This document shows positions 20,109 to 29,957 of a stretch of 64,000 nucleotides of DNA, one piece after another. The stretch's first letter is position 1; every line of letters begins with the position of its first letter. Below the pieces are notes generated by a model. The model was not told where the DNA came from and did no database searches. It saw only the letters and a list, made by a program, of their open reading frames with translations. This stretch comes from an uncultured Clostridia bacterium. Its GTDB lineage: Bacteria; Bacillota; Clostridia; TANB77; CAG-508. The stretch covers positions 4,863-68,862 of the forward strand of contig CALXKD010000005.1 in NCBI GenBank assembly GCA_944388795.1, read 5' to 3'. A program made the position numbers and the translations under genes.

Positions 20109-20351
20109 ATGGACGAGAAAACAATGGTAAACGATATTCTAGCTGGAGTAAAATCAGATTTAACAGCATATCAAACAGCAATATCAGAGGCTGAGAATAT
20201 GCAATTAAGACAAACTTTTCAACAGATTAGAAACAATGATGAAAGTTTTCAATATGAGCTTTTTAAAATAGCACAATCTAAAGGGTATTATATCCCAGCA
20301 CAAAAAGCAACAACAACAGAGGTTAATACAGTAAGAACAGAATTACAATAA
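20109..20351 (+). CDS. spore coat protein F family
   Basis: MVNDILAGVKSDLTAYQTAISEAEN...LRQTFQQIRNNDE matches the Coat_F pattern. AAGGAGGG RBS. Confidence 0.7.
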   Translation: MDEKTMVNDILAGVKSDLTAYQTAISEAENMQLRQTFQQIRNNDESFQYELFKIAQSKGYYIPAQKATTTEVNTVRTELQ

Positions 20352-20411
20352 ATGATTATATAGGTGTCTATTGAAGTGTCTTTTAAGACATTTTGAACAA
20401 CATGTGAAAAG

Positions 20412-20450
20412 TAGTTACATGCATTATATGAATGTGTGTAACTATTTTTA
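20412..20450 (+). terminator. probable terminator after the cotF-like pair
   Basis: 8-bp stem tagttaca (20412-20419) / tgtaacta (20437-20444), then TTTTT. The loop is rather large at 17 nt. Confidence 0.4.
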
Positions 20451-20675
20451 TATATTTATGAAAATATACTTTATTTGAATGAAAATGAAGCATTCAAAAT
20501 GTACCAAAAGGAAACGTCCCTAATTGGACAAAAAGAAAAAAAGAGAAAAAAAGAAGAAAATAAAGCTTTTATAAAAAAAAGTAAAAAAACTTACGGAAAT
20601 TAGACTTTTTATATCTTTGCAAAAAAAATAATATTACAATATGATTACATTATCATATACAAAGGAGATAGTGTA

Positions 20676-21683
20676 ATGTTTAAAAAGGTATTGGTTCATG
20701 CGAGAAGAGGAATAAAACTCATAATTCTTTTTATGATTGCAATATTTTTAATTATTGGAGCTGTTGCATTTTTATATAAACCAACATATAGTGTATTTAT
20801 AAACGGAGAGCAAGTAGGATATACAGCAAATAAATCTGATTTACAACATAGAATTAATGAATATGTAGATCATGGAGATGGAACAAATAAGAATGTGGCT
20901 TTTGTACAAGTAAATGAATTACCAGAATATAAATTATGTTTGTTAAAAAGAAATATTGTGACAAATGATGAAGAAATATTTAATAAAGTAACAGAACAAG
21001 GTATTCCATATTATAGATATTATGCTATATTAGAAGACCAAGAAGAAAAATATTATGTATCTTCATTTGAAGAAGCAGAAAATGTAGTAAATACATTAAA
21101 GGATAAAAATAGTGAAAATATAGATAAAATTTCAATTTTAGAAAAATATGAAACAGGCATCAAAGATATGGTTTCAGTAGATGAAGTTGTTTCTAAGTTA
21201 TATGTAGAAAAGAAAACAGCAGTTAAAGTTGCACAAAATACTTCTTCCAAAGCATCTGGATATGTAAATACAGCAACAACAACTTCAAGTGGTAAAGCAT
21301 CTTTAGGAATTTCACTAATTAGACCAATTTCTGGAACAATAACATCTAGATTTGGTGCAAGAAGTAGTATCAGAAGCTCTGCACATACAGGTTTAGACAT
21401 ATCTGCACCTTCTGGAACAGCAATTAAAGCAGCTGCAGGAGGAACAGTTACATTTTCAGGCTGGAAGGGGTCTTATGGATATATGCTTGTAATCTCTCAT
21501 GGAAATGGTGTTCAAACCTATTATGCACATTGTAGTAAGTTATATGCATCAGTTGGACAAACTGTTTCACAAGGAGAAACTATTGCTGCCGTAGGATCAA
21601 CAGGAAATTCAACAGGACCACATCTACATTTAGAGATTAGAATCAATGGAGTGGCATATAATCCACAAAATTATTTATATTAA
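20676..21683 (+). CDS. membrane-anchored M23 (LytM-type) peptidoglycan metalloendopeptidase
   Basis: N-terminal TM helix. C-terminal HTGLDISAP...GSTGNSTGPHLHLEI M23 signature. Confidence 0.85.
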   Translation: MFKKVLVHARRGIKLIILFMIAIFLIIGAVAFLYKPTYSVFINGEQVGYTANKSDLQHRINEYVDHGDGTNKNVAFVQVNELPEYKLCLLKRNIVTNDEEIFNKVTEQGIPYYRYYAILEDQEEKYYVSSFEEAENVVNTLKDKNSENIDKISILEKYETGIKDMVSVDEVVSKLYVEKKTAVKVAQNTSSKASGYVNTATTTSSGKASLGISLIRPISGTITSRFGARSSIRSSAHTGLDISAPSGTAIKAAAGGTVTFSGWKGSYGYMLVISHGNGVQTYYAHCSKLYASVGQTVSQGETIAAVGSTGNSTGPHLHLEIRINGVAYNPQNYLY

Positions 21684-21690
21684 AAAAAAG

Positions 21691-21722
21691 AATCCACAGT
21701 TTACTAACAAACTGTGGATTTT
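21691..21722. terminator. bidirectional terminator between the M23 peptidase gene and mecA
   Basis: 12-bp perfect stem aatccacagttt (21691-21702) / aaactgtggatt (21709-21720), flanked by A-run and T-run. Confidence 0.65.
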
Positions 21723-21749
21723 ATGATAAGATAATCTTCTATTTTTATA

Positions 21750-22382
21750 TTATGATAAGAAATATTTAATTCCAGTTTCAATTGCATTTCGTTTCATAAT
21801 GGCTTTACCATGCTCTAGTAGCTTCATTTTAAATGTTTCAGAATGAGAAGCTAAACTTGCAAATTCAGAAATAGTTGAGTAAAAAGTATGAATATATACA
21901 GATTCTGTATTTATATTGGAAAGTATAAGATAATATGTATTGTTAAATAAATATAAGGCAATTATTTTTGCTAATTGTTTTGATTGGAATTTTGGTGTAT
22001 TATTTATAGCGGTACAAAACTCACAAAATTCTTCAAAGCTAGAAAATTTATAAATAGAAGTTGTACTTTTAGGATTTACGTTTTTTATTTTCTTTTTTGG
22101 TGTGACCTTTAATTTATTAGGGGGAGTCGCAATTTTTTCGACATATTTTGTAATTGTAAAAACAAATAGTCCTTCAGAAGAGGAAAAAGCTTCTACAAGG
22201 AGTTTACAGCCTTCTGTATAAAATCCTACTTCTTTTTCAGCTTTTAAAAGCATTTCAAGAAATAATTTTTGGGATTCTATAGGTTTTTCCATAATTGTTT
22301 TATAATCTAAATTATTATTTTTTAAATCTTCTGAATTAACGATAACGCGAATCTTATTTTCAGTCAATTTTTCAATTTTCAT
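21750..22382 (-). CDS. mecA: adaptor protein MecA
   Basis: MKIEKLTENKIRVIVNSEDL N-terminus and about 210 aa, as in MecA-family Clp adaptors. AAGGAGG RBS. Confidence 0.75.
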   Translation of the reverse strand: MKIEKLTENKIRVIVNSEDLKNNNLDYKTIMEKPIESQKLFLEMLLKAEKEVGFYTEGCKLLVEAFSSSEGLFVFTITKYVEKIATPPNKLKVTPKKKIKNVNPKSTTSIYKFSSFEEFCEFCTAINNTPKFQSKQLAKIIALYLFNNTYYLILSNINTESVYIHTFYSTISEFASLASHSETFKMKLLEHGKAIMKRNAIETGIKYFLS

Positions 22383-22610
22383 ATATAAAAAAAGCCTCCT
22401 TAAAATCTATTAATTATATTATACTACTATTATTATTATATTTAAATAGATAATTTTTGGTAATAAAATTTTAAATATTAAACAATATACCATATAAATA
22501 TGAAAAAAGTAAAGGTTTTTACTTGAAAAAAATGTTAAATCAATATATAATACCAATATGTGAAAAAATAAATAGCCGTAAGAAGTAAAGGCTGATTTGG
22601 AGGTATAAAA

Positions 22611-22868
22611 ATGGCAACAAAAGATAAGAATATATGGATATTATTAGTATTTATTTTATCAGGATTAGTAGTAGGGGGATTATTAGGACAACTTGCATCT
22701 AATGTGGATTGGTTATGGTGGCTTTCATATAACCAAACATTTGGGCTACAAGATCCAATTGTTTTAGATTTAAGTGTTGTTAGTATCACATTTGCATTAA
22801 TGTTTAGAATTAGTGTAGCAAGTATTATAGGAATGTTATTAGCTATATTCATTTATAAAAAAATATAA
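22611..22868 (+). CDS. small membrane protein, DUF4321-like
   Basis: 85 aa with two TM helices. Its position immediately upstream of radC-mreB is typical in Clostridia. GGAGG RBS. Confidence 0.6.
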   Translation: MATKDKNIWILLVFILSGLVVGGLLGQLASNVDWLWWLSYNQTFGLQDPIVLDLSVVSITFALMFRISVASIIGMLLAIFIYKKI

Positions 22869-22908
22869 AAATAGGGGCAAAATATGAATCAAAGAAAGGA
22901 AGGATATT

Positions 22909-23616
22909 TTGTCTATAAAAATAAAACAATTACCAGAAACAGAACGACCTTATGAGAAAATGGAATTATATGGAGAAAAAGCATTATCCAATGCAGAATT
23001 ATTGGCAATTATTATAAAAACGGGAACAAAAGAGGAATCCTCAATAGTTGTTGCTCAAAAATTGTTAAGTATGAATACAAGTACAGCCAATAATTTAGAT
23101 TTTCTAAAAGAAATTACGTTATCAGAATTGATGCGTATAAAAGGTATAGGAAAAGTAAAAGCTTTACAATTAAAGGCAGTTTGTGAATTAGCCAAAAGAA
23201 TGTCAACGCCATTAAATTATCAGAAGGTAAAGATAAAAAAGCCAGAAGATATTGTAACCCTACTAATGGAGGAAATGCGATTAGAAAAACAAGAAATCGT
23301 AAAACTTGTGATTCTAAATAACAAAAATCAAATTATAAAAATAAAAAAGGTGGCACAGGGTGGAATTAATTCTGTAAATATGTCATATAAAGATATATTA
23401 GCAGAGCCAATAAAAGTACAAGCGCCTAAAATCATTTTAGTGCATAACCATCCAAGCGGTGATTCTACACCAAGTCGAGCAGATATTGAAATAACCAAAA
23501 GAATTTTTGAAATTGCACAATTATTTAATATTGAATTATTAGATCATATAGTGATAGGCAACGGGAATTTTACAAGTATTATTTCAAAAATATTAACGAA
23601 AGATGGAGAAATATGA
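22909..23616 (+). CDS. radC: RadC-family JAB-domain protein
   Basis: HNHPSGDSTPSRADIEITKR JAMM motif and an N-terminal HhH-like region. TTG start after AAAGGAAGGA. Confidence 0.9.
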   Translation: MSIKIKQLPETERPYEKMELYGEKALSNAELLAIIIKTGTKEESSIVVAQKLLSMNTSTANNLDFLKEITLSELMRIKGIGKVKALQLKAVCELAKRMSTPLNYQKVKIKKPEDIVTLLMEEMRLEKQEIVKLVILNNKNQIIKIKKVAQGGINSVNMSYKDILAEPIKVQAPKIILVHNHPSGDSTPSRADIEITKRIFEIAQLFNIELLDHIVIGNGNFTSIISKILTKDGEI

Positions 23617-24673
<1,057 letters not shown>

Positions 24674-24690
24674 AATGTTAGGAGTAGAAA

Positions 24691-25506
24691 ATGTATAAGA
24701 ATAAAAAGGCAGAAATTGCAGGGATTGTTATAACCATTATTATTTTAATTTTAATTGTGGTATTTTCAAATGCAGATAGTGAAACTTCATTTCTTGAAAA
24801 TGCAGCAAGTAAATTAGTTATGCCCATACAAAATGGATTAACTTATTTAAAAAATGGAATTAGTGGTAATAGTACATTTTTTACAGATATTAATAATTTA
24901 AAACAAGAAAATGAGGAACTAAAACAAAAGAATAGTGAATTAGAACAATCATTAAGAGAATTAGAAAACATAAAATCTGAAAATGAAACATTAAAAGAAT
25001 ATTTAGATTTGACAGAAAAGTATGGAGAATACAAAACAGTACCAGCATATATCATTAATAAAGATATTAGTAATTATTCAAAAACGATTGTTATTAATGT
25101 TGGAAGTGATGACGGAATACAAGAAAATATGACAGTTATTGCTGATCAAGGACTTGTTGGACATGTTATTTCAGTAACGAGTGATACAGCAAAGGTAAGA
25201 ACAATTGTTGATACATCTAGTTCTGTTAGTTGTTCTTTAAGCACAACTGATGAGAGTATTGTATGTAAAGGAACCTTGGAGGAGGAATCTGCCTTAAAGG
25301 CAATGTATATCCCAGATGATGATGGAATTATACAAGGTGATAGTGTGGAAACTTCAGGCTTAGGAGGTATCTATCCTAAAGGAATTCATGTAGGAAGTAT
25401 CAAAAGAGTTGTCAATACACAAAATGCAACAGATAGATATGCTATTGTAGAAACAGCAGTAGATTTTGATAAATTGGATACAGTATTGGTTATAACGAAT
25501 AATTAG
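24691..25506 (+). CDS. mreC: rod-shape protein MreC
   Basis: N-terminal TM helix, coiled coil (NLKQENEELKQKNSELEQ), beta-barrel region GLVGHVISVTSDTAKV. Located after mreB. Confidence 0.85.
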   Translation: MYKNKKAEIAGIVITIIILILIVVFSNADSETSFLENAASKLVMPIQNGLTYLKNGISGNSTFFTDINNLKQENEELKQKNSELEQSLRELENIKSENETLKEYLDLTEKYGEYKTVPAYIINKDISNYSKTIVINVGSDDGIQENMTVIADQGLVGHVISVTSDTAKVRTIVDTSSSVSCSLSTTDESIVCKGTLEEESALKAMYIPDDDGIIQGDSVETSGLGGIYPKGIHVGSIKRVVNTQNATDRYAIVETAVDFDKLDTVLVITNN

Positions 25507-25518
25507 AAAACAGAAAGG

Positions 25519-26061
25519 GTGAAATCATTGAAAAAATTAACAATTAATATATTTCTTATATTAACAGCATTCATTTTATATTTTTTGCAATCGAATTTTT
25601 TTAATTGGTTCACAATTTCTGGTGTTATGCCAAATTTGTTTGTTATATATATTTTGTTTATAGGACTGTTTTCTAATAGAATAACAGGTGTTATATATGG
25701 TGTTATTATAGGAGCTATATTAGATTTAACAATAGGAACACAAATTGGTATAAATGCTGCTGGGTTAGGCGTAATTGGCTTTTTATCAGCAACATTTGAT
25801 AAGAATTTTTCAAAAGATAGTCGAGCAACGATTATGTTTATGGTGTTAGGTACGACCTTGATATTTGAAATCATTGTATATATATTAAATTTTATTGTAT
25901 TTTCTACAAATGTAGAGATTATTAATTTTGTGAAAATATTATCTATAGAAATTATATACAACCTAATTATTGTCATCATTTTATATCCATTAATTCAAAA
26001 ATTTGGATATTCTATTGAGAATGAATATAAGGGGAATAAAATCTTAACAAGATATTTCTAA
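25519..26061 (+). CDS. mreD: rod-shape protein MreD
   Basis: 180-aa polytopic membrane protein immediately after mreC. Confidence 0.75.
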   Translation: MKSLKKLTINIFLILTAFILYFLQSNFFNWFTISGVMPNLFVIYILFIGLFSNRITGVIYGVIIGAILDLTIGTQIGINAAGLGVIGFLSATFDKNFSKDSRATIMFMVLGTTLIFEIIVYILNFIVFSTNVEIINFVKILSIEIIYNLIIVIILYPLIQKFGYSIENEYKGNKILTRYF

Positions 26062-26095
26062 TATAATTATTTAGAAATATAAGGAAGGTGAAGCC

Positions 26096-28228
26096 TTGAA
26101 GGGATTAAGTTTTAGAAGAAAAAATAAGAAAAGAAAAAGTAATTTAAATTTGAGATTTAATATCTTAACGGTATTAACATATTTTGTTGGAATTGTACTA
26201 ATTATACAATTATTTAACCTGCAAATTGTGCATGGGGCAGAATATAGGGAAGAGTCTAATACAAGACTTACTAGAGAAACGACATTAGAGGCAGCTAGAG
26301 GAGAAATATTAGATAGAACAGGTACAGCGTTGGTTAGTAGTTCAACAAAGTTTAGTGTGGAATTATATAAAACAAAAATAGATGATAATGAATTAAATAA
26401 TTCTATTTTAAATATTGTTAATTTATTAGAAAAATACCAAATAGAATATGTAGATTCTTTTCCAATATCAATAGATCCGTTTACATTTACCATAAGTGAT
26501 GAAGCTTTAGCTAATTGGAAAAAAACATATGATTTGGATGAGAATATATCTGCAGAAGAAGCTTTTTATGACTTTAAGGATCGATATGAAATTGAGAATA
26601 CAGATGTATCAGAAATTAGAAAGATTATAGCAATCAGATATGAGATAACAACGACAGGATATAGTAGTACAAAAGCGTTAACAATAGCAGAAGATATTCC
26701 AAGAGAGGCTGTGGCAGAATTTTCTGAAAGTAGTGACAAATTCCCAGGAATTAATATTGTGACAGAACCAGTAAGAGAATATACTTCTGGAACATTAGCT
26801 TCACATATATTGGGATATGCTTCAACGATTAGTTCTGAAGAATATGAGAGCAGAAAAGATACATATGATCAAAATGATATTATTGGAAAAACAGGAATAG
26901 AGTATGTTTTTGAAGAATACTTAAAGGGACAAGATGGTACAAAACAAATTGATATGGCTGTTGATGGAACCATTACTTCTGAATATACATCAGAAGAGGC
27001 AGTAGCAGGTAGTGATGTGGTTTTAACCATTGATTCTAATTTACAAAAGGTAACAGAACAAGCACTGGAAGCAAATATTCAAAAAATAGCATCAGGAGGA
27101 TTTCCACAAACCTTTGACACAAAGGCAGGTAGCTGTGTGGTAATGAATGTAAAAACAGGAGAAATATTAGCAATGGCAAGTTATCCGAATTATGATCCAG
27201 CAGATTTTGTAAATGGGATTAGTACAGATAAATGGAATCAATATAGTACAGATTCTGCAAAACCATTAATGAATAAAGCGGTACAAAATTCTTATGCACC
27301 AGGTTCTATTTTTAAAATGGTTACAGCCATTGCAGGATTAGAATCAGGTGTGATTACAAGGACGGAAAGAATTAATGATACAGGTCTATACTCAAAGTAT
27401 GGAGAAACATGGCCTTGCTGGTATTATACAGATTATCATAGAGGACATGGTTCATTAAATGTATCACAAGCAATTGAGAGGTCATGTAACTATTTCTTCT
27501 ATGAAACAGGAGATAGAATGGGCATTGAAACCCTTTCAAAATATGCAAAATATTTTGGATTAGGTGTAAAAACAGGTGTAGAATTACCAAGTGAAACATC
27601 TGGCGCAATGGCAACACCAGAATATGCTGAAACAGTTGGTGTTACATGGACTAAGGGACAAACAATTAATGCTTCTATCGGACAAGGATTAGATAGCTTT
27701 AGTCCATTACAGATGGCTAAATATATTAGTATGTTAGCAAATGGAGGTCAAAATATAGATGTATCTATTGTAAAAAGCATTATAAAGCCAGATGGAACAG
27801 AGGCATCTACAGAGGAAATTAATAATTTTGTTAATCAAAAATTAGGATTACAAACAGAAGAAAGTGAAGATTTAACAATTCATCAAGAAAACTTAGATGC
27901 TATATTAGAAGGAATGCGTTCTGTTACAAGTGATACAACAGGAACAGCATATGTCAGATTCCAAGATTTCGGAATTTCTGTTGGAGGAAAAACAGGTTCA
28001 GCAGAAGCAATAGGAGAAAATGGAGAAGAGGTTGTTCATGCGTGGTTTGCAGGATTTGCGCCATTTGAGGATCCTGAAATTGCCGTTGTTGTTATGGTAG
28101 AAAATGGTGGGCATGGAAACTATACAGCAGAAGTAGTAAGAGACATTATGGAAGAGTATTTTGGAATGAATACACAAGAAGTACAAGAAGATATGAGTGC
28201 TGTAAATTATAGTCAATCTCTAAGATAA
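26096..28228 (+). CDS. mrdA: penicillin-binding protein 2 (elongation-specific class B transpeptidase)
   Basis: N-terminal TM helix and dimerisation domain. SxxK (GSIFK), SxN (SCN) and KTG (GGKTGSAE) motifs. Located after mreD. Confidence 0.88.
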   Translation: MKGLSFRRKNKKRKSNLNLRFNILTVLTYFVGIVLIIQLFNLQIVHGAEYREESNTRLTRETTLEAARGEILDRTGTALVSSSTKFSVELYKTKIDDNELNNSILNIVNLLEKYQIEYVDSFPISIDPFTFTISDEALANWKKTYDLDENISAEEAFYDFKDRYEIENTDVSEIRKIIAIRYEITTTGYSSTKALTIAEDIPREAVAEFSESSDKFPGINIVTEPVREYTSGTLASHILGYASTISSEEYESRKDTYDQNDIIGKTGIEYVFEEYLKGQDGTKQIDMAVDGTITSEYTSEEAVAGSDVVLTIDSNLQKVTEQALEANIQKIASGGFPQTFDTKAGSCVVMNVKTGEILAMASYPNYDPADFVNGISTDKWNQYSTDSAKPLMNKAVQNSYAPGSIFKMVTAIAGLESGVITRTERINDTGLYSKYGETWPCWYYTDYHRGHGSLNVSQAIERSCNYFFYETGDRMGIETLSKYAKYFGLGVKTGVELPSETSGAMATPEYAETVGVTWTKGQTINASIGQGLDSFSPLQMAKYISMLANGGQNIDVSIVKSIIKPDGTEASTEEINNFVNQKLGLQTEESEDLTIHQENLDAILEGMRSVTSDTTGTAYVRFQDFGISVGGKTGSAEAIGENGEEVVHAWFAGFAPFEDPEIAVVVMVENGGHGNYTAEVVRDIMEEYFGMNTQEVQEDMSAVNYSQSLR

Positions 28229-28242
28229 GGAAGGATGTAAAA

Positions 28243-28854
28243 ATGAGAAATTGTGTGAGTATTAATTTAAGAAAGAATGAAATTTTAATAAAAATTAGTG
28301 ATGATGCAGAGCAAAAAGAAATTATAGAAAATTTAAAAAGAAAGCTTTCTGAATTAAAGAAAATGTATAAAAATGAAAAGACACCAATTACAGTTACAGG
28401 AAAGATTTTAAAAAATAAAGAAATAGATGAAATTCAAGAGTTAATAAAAAATAATATAGATGTGGAGATTGATTTTGATATGCCGAAATCACTAGGGCTT
28501 TCTAGCATAACGAGGACTTTTAATAAAGAAATTGCTATTTCTGAAACCAAATTTCATAGAGGTTCATTACGTTCTGGGCAAAGAATGGAGGCAGAGGGAA
28601 GCTTAGTTATACTAGGAGATGTAAACTCAGGAGCTGAAGTAATTGCATCTGATAATATTGTTGTGCTAGGTGCATTAAGAGGTTTAGCACATGCTGGAGC
28701 AAAGGGAAATAAGCAAGCAATTATATCAGCAGGTCTATTAGACACAGTACAAATTCGAATTGCTAATATTGTCAAAGAAATAGACAGAGATGAGGAGCCA
28801 TTACACAAACAAGCCTATGTTAGTATTATAGATAATGATATTGTCATAGAATGA
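28243..28854 (+). CDS. minC: septum site-determining protein MinC
   Basis: C-terminal beta-helix RSGQRMEAEGSLVILGDVNSGAEVIASDNIVVLGALRGLAHAG. Confidence 0.85.
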   Translation: MRNCVSINLRKNEILIKISDDAEQKEIIENLKRKLSELKKMYKNEKTPITVTGKILKNKEIDEIQELIKNNIDVEIDFDMPKSLGLSSITRTFNKEIAISETKFHRGSLRSGQRMEAEGSLVILGDVNSGAEVIASDNIVVLGALRGLAHAGAKGNKQAIISAGLLDTVQIRIANIVKEIDRDEEPLHKQAYVSIIDNDIVIE

Positions 28855-28859
28855 CAAGA

Positions 28860-29264
28860 TTAAGTTATTAATAGTAAAATTAAAAGTATAAATAGCATAT
28901 CATCTTTTACATTTTCTTTATAAAGAAAAAATAGTAAAGATAGAATAATGATATCATCTAAATATAGTTGTAATCCAGAAAACTCTAATAAAGGTTCTTC
29001 TTTGTTAGAAAAACCATTTGTATTGATTAAAATGGGACCAATATAGCTATATTTAGATGATTTTTTTTCTTTTTCATCCTTTCTAACATTGTCTTGTTTG
29101 ACTTTTTCATTTTGCACAGGTGGTGTATCATTTTGTGAATCATGAGAATTTATGTCATTTGAATGTGCATATATTTTTTGAGAATAATTGCGAGGATACG
29201 TATAAAAAGGAAATCTAAAAAAGGGAAGATTATGATTTATCACTAGAATTCTCCTTATGATCAT
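28860..29264 (-). CDS. hypothetical protein with hydrophobic C-terminus
   Basis: ORF only. It overlaps the 3' end of the upstream minus-strand gene. No family recognised. Confidence 0.35.
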   Translation of the reverse strand: MIIRRILVINHNLPFFRFPFYTYPRNYSQKIYAHSNDINSHDSQNDTPPVQNEKVKQDNVRKDEKEKKSSKYSYIGPILINTNGFSNKEEPLLEFSGLQLYLDDIIILSLLFFLYKENVKDDMLFILLILLLIT

Positions 29265-29670
29265 TTTGATTAAACAATTCCATTAGTGCAGTCATATTTA
29301 GTAATTTAGAATATTGATCTAATTTATCTTTTTTTTCATCTCGTAAGTATGGTTTTAAAGATTGTAATAAATTTGTTCTTGGATCATTAGAATGACTATT
29401 CATTTTTTCCATGACAGCCTTCATTTTCATCATGGTATTTATATCAATATTATTAAAATCAAAATTAGTTGAATTATTAGAACTGCTAGTGTTAGTAGAA
29501 TTTTCGTCTGTATTATCTGTAGAAGAATTTGTATTATTGTTAGACATCATATTAGAAAAATTTTTAATAGCATCAGGAGGAATTTGTGAAATCATATCAT
29601 TTAAGTTACCATTTTTTAACATAGAATTTAATTTATCCATTGTATTTTTATCAATATTAAAATTATCCAA
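29230..29670 (-). CDS. hypothetical N/S-rich protein
   Basis: 146-aa ORF with a conserved-looking C-terminal helix DPRTNLLQSLKPYLRDEKKDKLDQYSKLLNM. No function recognised. Confidence 0.5.
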   Translation of the reverse strand: MDNFNIDKNTMDKLNSMLKNGNLNDMISQIPPDAIKNFSNMMSNNNTNSSTDNTDENSTNTSSSNNSTNFDFNNIDINTMMKMKAVMEKMNSHSNDPRTNLLQSLKPYLRDEKKDKLDQYSKLLNMTALMELFNQNDHKENSSDKS

Positions 29671-29848
29671 AATAAATCACCTCATAGAATATATATTCAG
29701 AATGAAAAATTCTATTAATATAATATGAAATATTACAAAAAAATGTAACACAATAGTAATATTTTTTGAAAAAGTAAACATGAAATTTAAAAATGTATAC
29801 TTTAAGAAAATAAAAAGAGAAAAAAAGCATAAAAAAAGACGAAAAAGC

Positions 29849-29877
29849 TTGAAAAATCAAGAAAAACAAGTTATAAT
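29849..29877 (+). promoter_or_regulatory. sigma-A-type promoter candidate for the A1-B1 surface-protein operon
   Basis: TTGAAA (29849-29854), 17 nt, TATAAT (29872-29877). Confidence 0.45.
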
Positions 29878-29957
29878 TAATATTAGGTATAATTGTAAAA
29901 TTTAAAATGCTGAAATTGTGATTAAAAGCAAATTTAGTTTTCAGGGGAGGTACTGAT

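Noticed and set aside
20499-20603. A 34-codon highly basic small ORF (MYQKETSLIGQKEKKRKKEENKAFIKKSKKTYGN) in the 324-nt purine-rich spacer upstream of the M23 peptidase gene.
   Set aside because: There is no Shine-Dalgarno sequence. The composition simply mirrors the A/G-rich spacer, and nothing supports translation.
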